Below are positions 49,077 to 62,259 of a stretch of 64,000 nt of DNA, one piece after another. The DNA lies in contig NMRA01000176.1 of the NCBI GenBank assembly GCA_002633005.1, positions 1 through 64,000 on the forward strand, given 5' to 3'. This DNA is from Phoronis australis (Eukaryota > Animalia > Phoronida). Positions within the stretch are counted from its first letter, which is position 1. Each line of letters begins with the position of its first letter. The notes beneath the pieces are model-generated. The model saw nothing but the letters and a program-made list of their open reading frames with translations. It was not told where the DNA came from and ran no database searches. Both the position numbers and the translations under genes were made by a program.

Positions 49077-50872
49077 GGTTAGGCTCATAAAACTCGGTCC
49101 TTTGGTGATAACTTCTAATAGTTGCAAATTGATGTGTTGTGTATGATATTAACTTTTTTAATTAACGTTTAAATGCTCAGAAGCTCAGCATAATTTGCCC
49201 TTTAATGTTGCCAGGTTTTGGATGAGACAGCCATGGATTTGACGTGATAATTTACATCACCCATTCTTAAGTTTTGTTTGGTGGGATTCCCATTCCTGAA
49301 ACAGTAAAATAATTCAGTTGGTTATTTTTGGCATTCACTTCACCTTGATAATGCTGTTTTATAATGGGAGACTTTCAAATAGCAACTTGGCGACTGGTCA
49401 TGTGAGACCGTATACCAGTTCCCTCTAGAGGACGAGGACGTATTTTATTACTTTTGTTTTAAGACAAATTCTTTGTAATCACATACACTTTAAAAGGGTC
49501 TTCTCATGAAGTCACTGTTCCCCTTATGCTCCCCGCTGCGGAGACAAGAAAGTACTTACTTCTGCTTTAGCTATACATGTAGCTGGCAATAGGAGTCATC
49601 GGCCCCACGTGATCAACACCCCATTGCTTCCTAAAAGTCTCTCATTGAAAGTAATGTTATCCATTATAAGAATGTCATTTGCTCAAATATTGTAGTTTAC
49701 AAAAGATTACGACTCGCTGTTCTGCTGCTCTTGAGAAGAGTGCGGAACATTTCTGAAATCTGTTTGATGTGTGATTACTATAAAGATTGTCGGAATTGTA
49801 TATTACTATATTATTGTTTTACATTCCATGTTTTATTGCTGAAGTTGTATGAAATATTACTTATTTATTGATCAACATGTGTTTTATCTGAAAGTAACAA
49901 AAAATAAAATGACAGGCCAATGTTTTTACTGGTTTGTGTTCAAAAGACACATGTGCTGAAGTCTAAGCAGTATTACTGTGATAGGAATACTCTTTGGCAT
50001 GTTGATGAGAAAGAAATAAACAGTTATATTTACCTACAATATAAAAATTGAATGTGTTTACGGCAACAATTTGATCTGCGTTGAGTTAGTGTTTCAATGC
50101 CTTGCTTTGTATTATAAATCTGTGCAAATAATGAACACTCATACATGCCACTACATAGTGATGTCAATTTATTAGCATGGATGTCGATAAATATTTACAA
50201 AATGATTGAAATGAGCTGACACTTAATTACGTACAAATATGCAGAAATACAAACTGACCAGTCCATAGTAAATGTTGAACTTTTACATAACAATAAGCTA
50301 GCATAAGTTGGACACTCACAAGTGAGATCTTCACTGAACTTGGGAAAGTTCCGCGGCAAAACTTCTTACTTAAGCAAGCCTAATCCCAGATTTCTCAAGC
50401 CCAGCTATTACACGTATGGGGAACCTTCTTATTTGAGCTGAATATCATCTCTTGTTTCGAATTATGCAAATTTAACAAGTATACACAAATGTACGTCACA
50501 AATCCACTATTTAGCTACAGAGACAAGATAATTATTAGGTAAAAAGCTAAAAATAGAAAAAAGTGGCAATATTAAATTTGTAAGGCACTTCCCTGCATGA
50601 AGCTAATGCCATCTTTGGAGACCAGCAATTAACTTATCAAAAAACAACAGTAACGTGCTAGGTACATGTATTGCTTACAAAAATGTTCAGCAGTTTACAC
50701 CAGTCCTGTTGAGCAAATTCTTTGGAATCTCAGCAGTTCAATAAATAAAATCGTGAAACCTTCAGAATTACATAACATTTAGCGTTGATCACACTAAATC
50801 TCTTTGGAAGCATTTAGCTGATTAAAGGCAGGATAGGAAAAGTGGTGTTCATCCGAGTTACCAAATGTCACA

Positions 50873-51034
50873 TTAGGCCAGTACCATTTGTCGTGCCTGT
50901 AGTTCATCCAGTACACTTCTGAAACTTTCCACACAGACCTCTCCACGGGGGTGACGGTCACTCGCTACTTTGTAAATTGTGTCAAAAGTATCCAGATCCA
51001 TGCCGACTCCAATAGCCTCGAAAATGTGACGAAG
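50873..51034 (-). CDS. EFHB: EFHB exon 9 (terminal)
   Basis: ctttcag|LRHIFEAIG...GEVCVESFRSVLDELQARQMVLA*. Confidence 0.9.
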   Translation of the reverse strand, partial: LRHIFEAIGVGMDLDTFDTIYKVASDRHPRGEVCVESFRSVLDELQARQMVLA

Positions 51035-54000
51035 CTGAAAGTGAATTCATTGGCAATTATACAAAATAGAAAAATGTAGAATGGATCATAAGTAATTACT
51101 CATTCCAGGTTAAATGAAGGTGTTCCAAAAAAACTTATTTGTGTTATATCGTGATGCGAGAATATACAGTGTTGAACATAATAGTCATGGTGTGTAAATA
51201 TTTTAAAAACCTAATTTATGCTTTCGGTGAAAACAACTAACAGTTTGTTGTATGAGTTGGACAGGCATGATGACGATGGAATCTTTGACAGAAAAATTTA
51301 CGTGGTGCACTTTGTCTAGTTTATGCACACATTGAGTAGAATTTAACCTCATCACATACAATCTGTCAAATCCATTTTGTGCACAGCAGTATGAATTTTG
51401 CTGTCTGTCGTATTATCAAATACAAAAGTTTGTATGACTTTAAAAGGATCTCATGTAACACATCCGAGAGCACAATTTTGCATTGAATGAATTGTCAATG
51501 GGACCTACCTCTTGCCGTGGCCTTGGCACGAGGAAGTCCTTCTCATAAACACCCTTGAGACTGTAGATATTTGGATTGGTCAGTCCGTATGCATCAGATT
51601 CGTCGCCGTAGTTGGTACTGTCACAGACCCTCTTGATGCGAGGAGCTGGCAGGTCACTCCTCACACTGGGCACTCCATATTTTCTGTACTCTATAAAAGC
51701 ATATTCCTTATTTAAAGAAAATGTCCCATGTATAGAACATCCCGAAGCACACATCCCGTGTATGTAGCCTATGGAATGTACACCATAAAACACATTTTAC
51801 AACAAAAGATGCAATACCATCAGCATGTCAATTATTTTTTTGCTGCAGATAAACTTTCTTTTTCAAATCATATTTCAAGTTATGATAGAGTTACAAAAAT
51901 CAAAGACACCAGGATCTAACTTTTCACAAAACGAGAGCATTACAACACATCTACATTTGAGTGACCATAAATCAAAGATAAATAAGTTTCAAAGAACACC
52001 AAAACTCAATTATTGTAATCTTCAAAAACATTTCAAAAATGTGACTGATTTTTAATTCTCAAAAATTACCGTATTGTATCAAATTATTAAACAAAAGAAT
52101 TGACTTGACACTAGAAGCATCAACTTAAGCTCACCTTGTGAGGACAGACCACCGACAACTCCATTTATCATTGAGGCGCTGGTCCTGTAGGTGGCAGCAG
52201 CTCTGTCTATTTGTTTCTGCAGGCGGCGTGGAGTACTTTCTCGACTCACAGGACTTTTTGGCACTAAGTCTTCCTCTTTCACAATGTTTTTATCTAATTT
52301 AAGAAAAGTAAAATATTAACAGTTGTAAACTAACATCTATTACCATTCAAATTGTTACAGTTAGCATCATAATAATCATTGAAAATTATTAATAGCAATT
52401 ACGAAAAAAATCAGAGAGATGTGATAAAATTTTGCACTGAAGGCAATTTTCTTTTCAGAAAGCATATTGCATGTCGATGTTCTGATCAATGCTCTTTCTT
52501 GTAAGTAAAACATTTTCTTGCGCATCATCATCATCATCATTGTCATCAGAAAGTAATGAAGAATCTGCTCCACTACAATAATTTTTGTCTGTTTGATTTC
52601 AAAATTATTAAAAGAACATGTGGAACAAACCATTCATTTGAAAGAAAAAATCTGACATTTTGAAATTTTTAAAAGAAAGACAAAACTTTTCTGTGAAATA
52701 AAATCTAAACAGTAAGTTAATGTTTTAGTACTTGCATGGTTGCCAAAATCCAGTTCATAAATAATTCATTGGTTAATCACTAATTAGAAACATTGTAAAC
52801 AACATACCATTTGGTGACGGGAGACCAGTTGGCATTTTATCCTTCCAGTTGAGGAAGTTACAGAATTCCACATAGTCGATGTATCCATCACGGTTAACAT
52901 CACAGTAATCAAAAAGAGGTTCAATAATCTCAGGCTCGGCTGGAAGGTCAAACTGCACGCACACTTCACGCAGTTGGTCAACGTCAATTTTACCAGAACC
53001 AGTCTGTGAAGAAAATGTGATAGAATGAGTATATGCAACATAAAATGGTTTTTGATGCATTTAGCGGCACTGAAAACTTAAACTACACATGAAGGTAACG
53101 TAACAGTAAATGTACACTTATATATATCTTAAAAAGTCAGAGTGTGTTTCATATTTCAGTTGCTTGGACTTCATAACGAAACTACATCCCATCTTTAGGT
53201 GTGTATGGTAAAGGAAGCCAAGACTCAAACACAGCAAAACTAATAAACCACTAAATCACATTTCATTTCTGGTAAATAAATTTGAAACGTGAAACCCAGT
53301 GCCATCAGTTTAATAGAAATCAATACTTATCACCAGTGGTAACTTAGCTATAGGATTTCCCAATACTCATGACTGTGCATTTTTGTCACAGACTTAAGTA
53401 TCATAAAATTTTGTGTACTTTCACACCGTACAAAGCTTCCTGCAGCTACCTGTTACAAGTAAAACATTACACAATGGTAGTGTTGATAAAAGTTCACCTT
53501 ATCATAGTGTTTGAATGCGTGGATAAGGTTCTGGAAATTTTGGTAATTAGCCTTTTTCAACTGTTGCCGCAGGGCTGCCACAAGTCCACGAATTCTCTCC
53601 TTCCCCCTAAGGTAAGCCCCAGCTCCTCGCCCGTGCATCAAATCACCGACTCCATATTCATCTGGTTTGTAAAGGATCCCAAAAGTGTGGTCTGGCGCAA
53701 CATTTAGAGTGTCTTTTATCCTGAAATGCAAGAAATGCCTCAGTCAATAGAAAATCTCAAATATCAAAACAATCTTTCCCACCCACACTTATAGCTATAA
53801 GAAGTTTTACTGAAATTAAGTGATAAGAATTTATGAATATATTTTAATTTAAGATTTTAGATGATATCTTGATTAGTTTTATTTACTGTCCCTTCAAGTG
53901 TTTGACAAAAAGACAATTGCCATTAGAGACATGAACATTCATTCTAGTATTATCTGCTATTATTTCAGTTACGTAATCTATTATATAATTTTTTTCTACA

Positions 54001-56556
54001 TATATGTTCTATATTAAGTGATACATAATACCAACATTCTATGCTTTGTTACATTCAAATTCTCTGTTAACCCAACAGACAATATCCAATGATTTTTTTA
54101 AGCATTCTCGCCATTTTTAGAAGCCGTTGAAAAATGAAAAAATCATGTCATTTTGGCATTGTCTGAAGTTGGTGGGGTTTTTTGTACATCATCGGGATTA
54201 TATTCATTAGAGATTTCAAATAAAGATTATTTTTTGGAAAGATTGAAAGACAAGATGTAATTCATCTAAATTTTGTCTAGGAAAATTTCATATTTATCAG
54301 CAGCCTCTTAAAAACACGGCTCCCAATTTGACATACGGTAAAAGGAGAGTCTTTGAATGTTTCAAAACTGAAAAAATATTTAACAATAATCTATTTACTT
54401 TCAAAGATTTTAATAACATAGTAAGTCAAATGGGCCCCTATGATACTTTTATTTTGTGGCTGTTTACTTTTGAGTTGTAAATGACCCCCCACACAAATGC
54501 GTTTGTGTAAATATGCATGTGGATATGAATATTTTCTCTTCATTTTCACATGTTTGTAAAAAGTATTTATTACTTTAATTAAAAAATACTTACGGATCTA
54601 GCACCTTGCCAAGCTGTGGCTGTGTTCGTTCTCTGAAATTATCCAATCGGTGTGACACAATTCTGGCCGCCTTTTCATCCTGCGAGTCTATGAGCCAGTG
54701 CATAGCTTTTTTCGTAAATTTGCCTTCGTTATCGTGAGGCGTAGGGTGTCCGTATGCCTTGTACTTTCCATAATGAGGCGGCGCGTAATCTCGGGTAGTC
54801 TGCTCACCAGGGTGATAACTCATGTGAGATTTGATATATAGGGGGCGCCCTACCTCTGTGTCCTCCTCCACTTGTAAATAGGATCTGTCTGGATTAACAA
54901 GCTCTCCTGCCCGATCACCTGAGGAACAAAGTAAGATTAGCTATATCCACCTGAACAGGTATCATCTGATAATTAATACAATCAACTTTATGGGCTAATC
55001 CTGCTTGATGGCAATCAAGGTAAAATCATCAGTAAGAGAGTTAGAAATATCTAATGAAAACATTACCCCAAATTAAAATCAGACTTTTAATTGAGCTTTA
55101 CTGAAGACAAACACAGTTACGCAGTCAGGCTTAATTGCAAATGCATCTCAATAACTTAATGACCAATTAGGCTGTTGCACTGATAGAAAATTTTGACAGG
55201 TAACATTTTCCTAACTTTTGATTGATGACATATCAACAAAAGAATAACGAATGACCATACACAAAAATTCGTTGCATCACACAATGACTTGAAAAATGAC
55301 CAAACAGGAACAAGACCTTTACCTTTCTGCACTTTAATTCCAAAAGTGAACTTCTCCTTGTCAAGACCTTTTGGCAGGCCAGGGTTCTTATCGTTGGTTT
55401 TTCCCAACGGTTGTTTGTGGTGAGAATCATACACCATTTCCTTCTTTTCTAGCATTCTCTGCTGGAACAGTGTTGTTGGATGTGGGTTGGCCAATTCTTT
55501 GGCTGTCAGTGAAGGCTGGGTGCAGAGACCATGTGCCATCTCGTCCGCCCAGCGCAAGTGGGGGTCAAGTGCCTTTCCATAATGCACCCTTCTCTCACCG
55601 GCGCCTGGGAAGTATGCCGTGCGGAATCTCTTCACAACGTCTGGCGATGTTGACTGTGGAAATATGTCAACACTATTTTACACAGTCATTTCATCAGCAT
55701 AGTTATTTGAAGTAAAATAAGCTATGCCAATTTCACAGTCAATGTATGCAATTCAAATTGCTTATAGTCTAAACCTCAGCACCTCAATGCAACATTACTA
55801 CAGTAAACACTACCCAAAAGCATTCACAGACTCAAGATGCAGGTAAAAAATACCAACAAGATCATCAATGCCATTTACGTATGAACTAACTGATAGATTC
55901 AGACAAATCAATATCCGACATTGTTGCAGACATGAAGAATTCATAAAGCAAAAGGTAAATAGCACTCGTAATGCGGTTTAATCAATAACTTACTCTCTTT
56001 TCTCTGACCATACATTGGGCTGTACTGTCACCTGTCGTAGTCAATTTCCCTGCCTGAAATGAAAAATTATATTGATAAAAAAAAATTCTCTTGTGAAAAC
56101 TGTCAATTCGTTCAATGATATTTGGTACGACTGAGATAGATCACGTGATTGGTGAATTTGGTGGATTCACTTTTAAACCTGACAGCGAAGAAAGTATTTT
56201 CACAAATTTAAGAAATACTTAAAGCTATACCCTGCATTGTATAGTGTAGGTTGGTTTGGAACAAAATTAAACCACAGAATAATTTTCAAACTTAGTAGAT
56301 GTGCGGTGACATTGCGTCTAAGCCATGCTAGCCAGCCAGAGACTGATGTGGACTCGGGATTAAGATTACCGTACGGTGCTATCCAGCGCTTTGTTTGTAT
56401 CAAGGCTAGTCTAATTTTCACACTTGTCACTGTATATACCACGAGCAATAGTATACTTACGGTAAAAATTTCGGGATTTCTGTCCTTGAATTTGCCTTCA
56501 TAGATAGCGTGGGTAGCTATCTTTGGAAGCCGAACTTGAGCGGTGGCGGAGGCCAT
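50873..56556 (-). CDS. EFHB: EF-hand domain-containing family member B (CFAP21), 9 exons, 577 aa
   Basis: Exons 56556-56461, 56053-55994, 55653-55323, 54918-54594, 53720-53498, 53003-52808, 52293-52135, 51690-51509, 51034-50873; all GT-AG and phase-consistent. EF-hands DKTGSGKIDVDQL and DVNRDGYIDYVEF; EFHB-like motifs GVPSVRSDLPAPRIKR, TNYGDE, GEVCVESFR. Confidence 0.93.
51509..51690 (-). CDS. EFHB: EFHB exon 8
   Basis: YRKYGVPSVRSDLPAPRIKR...PRPRQE|GTAGGT. Confidence 0.9.
52135..52293 (-). CDS. EFHB: EFHB exon 7
   Basis: KNIVKEED...TPRRLQKQID...VGGLSSQ G|GTGAG. Confidence 0.88.
52808..53003 (-). CDS. EFHB: EFHB exon 6 (EF-hands)
   Basis: TGSGKID...DVNRDGYIDYVEFCNFLNWKDKM. Confidence 0.92.
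53498..53720 (-). CDS. EFHB: EFHB exon 5
   Basis: IKDTLNVAPDHTFG...AFKHYDK|GTGAAC. Confidence 0.9.
54594..54918 (-). CDS. EFHB: EFHB exon 4
   Basis: DRAGELVNP...FRERTQPQLGKVLDP|GTAAGT. Confidence 0.9.
55323..55653 (-). CDS. EFHB: EFHB exon 3
   Basis: ccacag|STSPDVVKRFR...FTFGIKVQK G|GTAAAG. Confidence 0.9.
55994..56053 (-). CDS. EFHB: EFHB exon 2
   Basis: tttcag|AGKLTTTGDSTAQCMVREKR|GTAAGT. Confidence 0.85.
56461..56556 (-). CDS. EFHB: EFHB exon 1
   Basis: MASATAQ...YEGKFKDRNPEIFT|GTAAGT. Confidence 0.85.
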
Positions 56557-57300
56557 TTGTAGTCGGTAGCAACGCAAGCAAAACGCCAAAACTTAACCTC
56601 AAAGTGTCTACAAACTTTTTTAAATGTGCACTATCTTCACCAATTACTTAGACAAACATAGGTAATTCCTTGAAGATTGTCTCGATGCGGCGGAGTCGTC
56701 TATGTCAAACCTTCCTTCGATGGGTGAACAAGTGAATATGAGACTGAAGGGCCACAACACGCTCAACTTTGGTTACAGAATAGCTAAGCAACGAGTTCAA
56801 AGGTCACAGCAAAAATCGTTTCCGGATATGATGTCATCGACTGCGAACTACTAAATATTGACGTCATTACAAACATTACGGCAAAACAAAATAGTTCGGT
56901 GAGCTAACGTGCTCTAACATTTTACATTTTCAAACACACGATAACATTTCTTTTATAGTTTGTATTTTTAATTTTTATCACGCATATGGTGTTTCAAATG
57001 AAACTGTTCTAAAAAGAATTTTGTTTTATAATCGCGTATGAATTGCAAATTTTATAAAGAAGTCCATAGACGAGTTTAGAGGGTGGAACGTACGACTTCT
57101 TGCTACAGTGAATATAATTGTTGAAATTTGGTTTTATGGTGTAGTACCTGGAGCCAGGAAAACCTAAGCAAACGTGAGTATGCGGTGGAAGTTATGAACC
57201 TTATTGGAAAACGAAATAATTGTAGAAAATCGACTTCGAAGGGCACTTGTCATTTCAAAATGGCGACCACAAATGAAAATAAATCGTCATTTTGTTTGTT
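56557..57300. promoter_or_regulatory. Putative bidirectional promoter EFHB / Rab5
   Basis: RFX-like half site GTCGGTAGCAAC (56562-56573), CRE TGACGTCA (56859-56866), YY1-like AAAATGGCG (~57257); candidate Rab5 5'UTR donor GATT|GTGAGT at 57553. Confidence 0.5.
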
Positions 57301-57909
57301 ACAAAACTCTCTTAAATTCTTTGATTTCGTTTCTTGTATTTCTGTACATGTCAGCTGAGAATCGTGACATGAGTCTCAGAAATCATGGATTTGACTGAAA
57401 GGGAATGGAATGCATTAGATAATGCAGGAAGACTAAAAACTTGATGTGTCGATCATGATCGACTGACCTGATCAAGTCGACTGTATCGTTTAATTGTGAA
57501 GACGGAAACGTGAATCTTCAAGAATATGCGTCACGTCAAATGTTCAAGGGATTGTGAGTATTTTGCTGCCCAGAAAAAGTCTGCTCACTAATGCATTCTC
57601 CAAAGTTTTGCTTAAGTAATAGTAAAGTAATAGTTTCTCAGGACACTTCCCCATTACCAATGCATTAGGCAACACGTAGCCCCTCGGTTGGCTGGTTAGG
57701 TGCTACAATACTTCCCATCGCTTTCTGTGCGAATTTCATCCCGTGCATTTTAAACGGGCGATAGTACTAGTCCGGCCACCGATTAGGAGTTTTCACATGG
57801 TCAAAAATACATTCCACACTTAAAACTATTACTTAGAAAAGCGCTTACTTTCTTCAGTGGTCCTTTCTACTTCTACATATCTTGGATGAAGCTTAGTAAC
57901 GAGAATTAA

Positions 57910-59142
57910 GGTGGCTTTGGCGAAGAATTCCAACTCCACTTTTTTGGTCACGTGAGTTGGGCAAAGGCTAGCGCGAGACTGAACAAAGCGCTTGACGCTT
58001 GCAAAATAGAATGGGAAGGTATCAGATGAAATCTGTAAGATTTGTGTCCCTTGGACTTTTTATTCGTCAACATGTGGGATTTCACGTAACTTCCTCCAAT
58101 GGCACCTGATATGAGAAACTCTAGCAAACTGCTTCAGATTTTTATCGATTAGTTCAAATTATCTTGACTGAATGGTCTCCAGACTTATGGAATATTTTAA
58201 TTATAACTCCATGTGCATATAAGTATACTTCATTTGATTTTATTTCCTGTGTTTTGAAATTCGTAACTTTTTGTGGGGATGTACTATTGTCCCTGTATGC
58301 CTGCAGCATCCAAGGCGACGTAATTGCCTACTTCCCCATGTGATTAATCCATATGACCTGTATAGGTGAGCACTCATTGTCAGCAATTTCGGTTTCGATA
58401 AGCATTAAAAAATCCATGAACCACTCTCAGTAATTTGGGAACTTGCGGTAGCTTCAGTGCGCTGTAGGTATCCATGTGTAGACATCAGTTTGTGTCCTGG
58501 AACAATACCAGTGAAATAATGAGGTTCAGACTGTCATAAGGTTGTCACTTTTTACCAAAACTCATACTCTCAGTCTCCTCGACATGCTGAGGAGATATGC
58601 ACAATTGGTTGTATGTTGCCATATTTCCTTCATGTCTTCAATAGTGAACTTTTTAAATTGGGAGCTACTTGCCAACTTAAACCACAATCACAAGTCTTTT
58701 TGTAGGCATTTCCATCACCGGTGTACCCCGCAGACATACACTGGTGATTGTATACCCTATCATTTCAAAAAACATCGAATGAAACATGCATCCTATATGC
58801 ATTATAATTAACACGTGCCATGACTCGTGTGATAATTTAGTCAATGTAATTCGAACATAGCCATGAAAATCTGTCGAGGTTCGCTTGAGCTTCCATCGCT
58901 AGGTGTTATTTTGAGGAAGTTACGTGGAAGTTCACCAGTGACTAAAAATCAAAAGGACATAAATTCCTCCGGATATCTTCACGTGGTACTTTTGAAAGTG
59001 TCAGCCACCACTGCTATCAGTCTTCTGCTTGTCCTTGCCTAGCTCATGTCACGTCAGTCAAAATACTTTTTGGTTATCACTCGCTCTGAAAAAGTAAATG
59101 AAGACCAAAAATGTGGATTTGAAATTTTTTGCCAAAGTCACC
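57910..59142. mobile_element. 1.2-kb element with long TIRs, TTAA-type flanks (Kolobok-like)
   Basis: ttaa|GGTGGCTTTGGCGAAGAATT...AATTTTTTGCCAAAGTCACC|ttca; arms keep pairing ~250 bp inward (cacgtaacttcctc / gaggaagttacgtg). Confidence 0.75.
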
Positions 59143-60480
59143 TTCATTCCTGTTGACATGCTTTATCGAGGATATTTTTAAGTGTAAATGTATCTTTGAT
59201 GAGATGAAAAACCACTTATCAAGTGACCGCCTTTTAGCGACATCTACTGGTGGTATTTTGACTTTTTAAATGCATTATCTAGATTTGGCAGTGATTCAGC
59301 GTACCGTTGGCATAGTTGTTGGCTCAAAAGGTGCGAGTGTAAACGGATTTTCAAATATTAAAATTGCTCAAGCTAACCTTTGTGTGCTTTGGGAAGAATC
59401 ACGTTTTGATGCATGAGAATGAGGCAGATTGCGATTTTCACAGGAGAAAAATCTTGTCTACTGTTGGTTACATATTCAACAACTAGTTTTGCATGAACTA
59501 AAAAGTCTTGAAATACTTAGACTTTGTGTGGAATACCATTATTGGTTGATTCCAGTTTGCTGCTTTGTCACTGAATATGTGGCATATGTCAGGTGATCCC
59601 GACATTGCGTGATATTGAATACATGCCTTGGGTAAAAACGGGTGAGCCATAAAATAAATCATGTGTACCTGCTACTTCAACCTTGGATGTGAACAGGACC
59701 TGAATTTGACTCATAAAAACTGCGAGAAAAGAATGGTTCTTTTGAAGAATAAAATTTTTTGTGTAGTTTGAGAGTCTGTGGTAGACTTTACACCTAGACT
59801 TGTCTTTAACAACTTGTGCATTCACTGTAGGAGATGCTAACAAGACAATGTCCCTGCCGACCAGCGGCACTGACGACAATCGTGGACTTGAAATTGCAAG
59901 TGAAATGCTTGAAAAAAAAACTGAGTGGATATCAGATATACAAGCTCAAAATGGGATCACTATATGGGATATAGGCATAGGAATGGGTGCTCCGCTGGAT
60001 AGGCGCCCCACTGGATGCGTGTCCCACTGGGTGGGTTTAAGGGCCTCCTGGAAGTAAAAGCTTATTTCCTGCATTTCGGTGACAGTTTTGTTCAAATAAG
60101 CCAAGTCACTACTTGCATTTAACCACAGCTGCTACACAAATTGAAATGGGGCGGAAAAGAGGGTCACTGAGCTCGGGACAAAAAATATACTGTGGATGAC
60201 CCTGGTGTTTGTAAATAAAGGTGCTAAGTAGTTATTGAGACAGCTGTGTTGGTGCACCCCTTGATGTTGACTTGAAGGATTTCTGAGATGTTGTATTACT
60301 TGTATTTACCTGAAGTTGTACATCTCGTAGTGTGGTTGGATGTGACTCAGATACAAGTGCTCCTTCGTCAACTCTCATGTCATGTTTGGGTTACCATTTC
60401 CTTGGTCTCGTCACATGGCCTTATCGTTTTTTTCTTTTAAGGACTGGTCTAACAAACCTTGGCTAACAAACAGCGTAGAT

Positions 60481-60963
60481 CAGGGTTTGGAATTTTCCGC
60501 GTAAACGCGGATTTCCGCTTTTTTCAAATGTGCTTTCCGCTTTTTTATAATATTTCCACGTAAAAAAATCGGATTTGATATAAAATTTCCGCGGCAAATT
60601 CCTTTCTTACCGCGGTGTTGCAGACGATGTTCACCTCGAAAAGTGGAAGTTGCTCTTTATGTTCGGAGGAACGTAAATTGTCAACATTGCCAGGGCATCT
60701 GGGACAGCGTAATGGGATTTTCAATGGCGTCTCGTGTTATTGTTAAGTGCGGCAACAAATACTACTGCTCTGCAGCCAAAAATGTGTGGGTTGGGAGTGG
60801 ACGGGCGAGCTGAAAGGACGCAGACGCATGCTACTGATGGTGGTAACGTTTTTTTTTTTTAGTCCTCCCGATTTTTGTCGGGGAAAGGTTCACGCTGGTT
60901 ATCGGGCATGATTTAGGCCGTAAAAGTTTCCGCGTTTTTTGTCATTGGTCATTCCAAGCCCTG
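60481..60963. mobile_element. hAT-like MITE with 6-bp flanking duplication
   Basis: gtagat|CAGGGTTTGGAAT...ATTCCAAGCCCTG|gtagat; subterminal TTTCCGC repeats. Confidence 0.85.
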
Positions 60964-62259
60964 GTAGATCTATATACTGGCAGTAAATGTGTTTTTGAAC
61001 GTTCTTAGGTTCGGTGTTGATGGTGTCCAAACACTTTCGGTTTTGGTGTTCAGGACTGGAATTGAGATATTGATTGTGTAAAGCATGTTAACCAACAGGT
61101 TGCTCATTTGTAACAAAAGACACCCTATCACTGATCAATTCTGGGGGTTTTCCTGAGAATTTATTTTCGTACAACTGGAAAACTATATGCAAGCTAACTG
61201 TCTGAGGACAGAACTATTGTGCAATCATAGTTTCAGTTCAGCATGAGCAAAGAGGTAAAGTGTTTGTGATAAATGTCACATTTGAGTGTCAACTCGTTTT
61301 ATTGGGCTTGATTATACTTTGCTGGACTCACCCTCACATCTATCAAGTCAATGTCTCTTTACGACGCATTGTGAATTGTTTTTGCTCTACTTATGATCAT
61401 AATAGTGTATTTCAATACAGTTTGCTCTCAGCATTTTTTTCAAGAAAGCCTCTTTAAGTCCTTGTATTATGCCTGATTGTGCTGTTGGCAATTAAACTAA
61501 GAATGGAAACAGCTGCAGTTGAATGTAGCCTCAGTGAAAAGCAGTTGAAACAATGTTTGCTGGTCGCTTGAGCACTGATATCCACTGAATGTGTAGTGGG
61601 TTTTGAACAGTGAACCTGCTACAAATCTGTCCATTACGAAAAAAAAAATAAAACTAGTTTCATAGTCATGCAATATCAATTTTTAGCTTACTTTGTTATT
61701 GTTCGAGACCAGTCTCTTCAACTTAACTTGCCACGGTGTTTGTTTGCCATGCATGGTCTCAGGCAGTTAATGAACTGCCATGTCCTTACATGACCAAAAG
61801 CATATATCATCTGAGTACTAAATGAACAAGTTGGTCAGTTTTAGGGGATAAGTGGTCTTATTAAAAGTTGGTTTCTTCAACAGAAACACAGGTTTACAAT
61901 GCAGCTTTAACCAGACTGCCTTATAGCTCATGTGCCCATTGTATCCAAAATTGACTCAATTTTTTACTTATTGAAACCATTCTTGTTTATGAGGTTAGTG
62001 AAGCTGAAAATGTAAATTATCTTTCCTGTTAAGTAACATGGATCCTATTTACATGTGTCACACATCAAGATTGATGACCTATTTGTGTGCATACAACTTG
62101 TTAGATGAGGCATGGGTAAATATATAAATCATGTTGCTATCCACTGTGGTTTACATTGCCCTCATTATGGCTTCTCTCTTGCAGGTGTAGTTTCATTGCC
62201 CCTCAGAACCTCTCCCACGGTTATCACACCAACGCACTCACTCCCACACGCACTAACAG

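Noticed and set aside
52376-52633. ORF with poly-Met
   Set aside because: Due to a short (ATC)n microsatellite in an EFHB intron.
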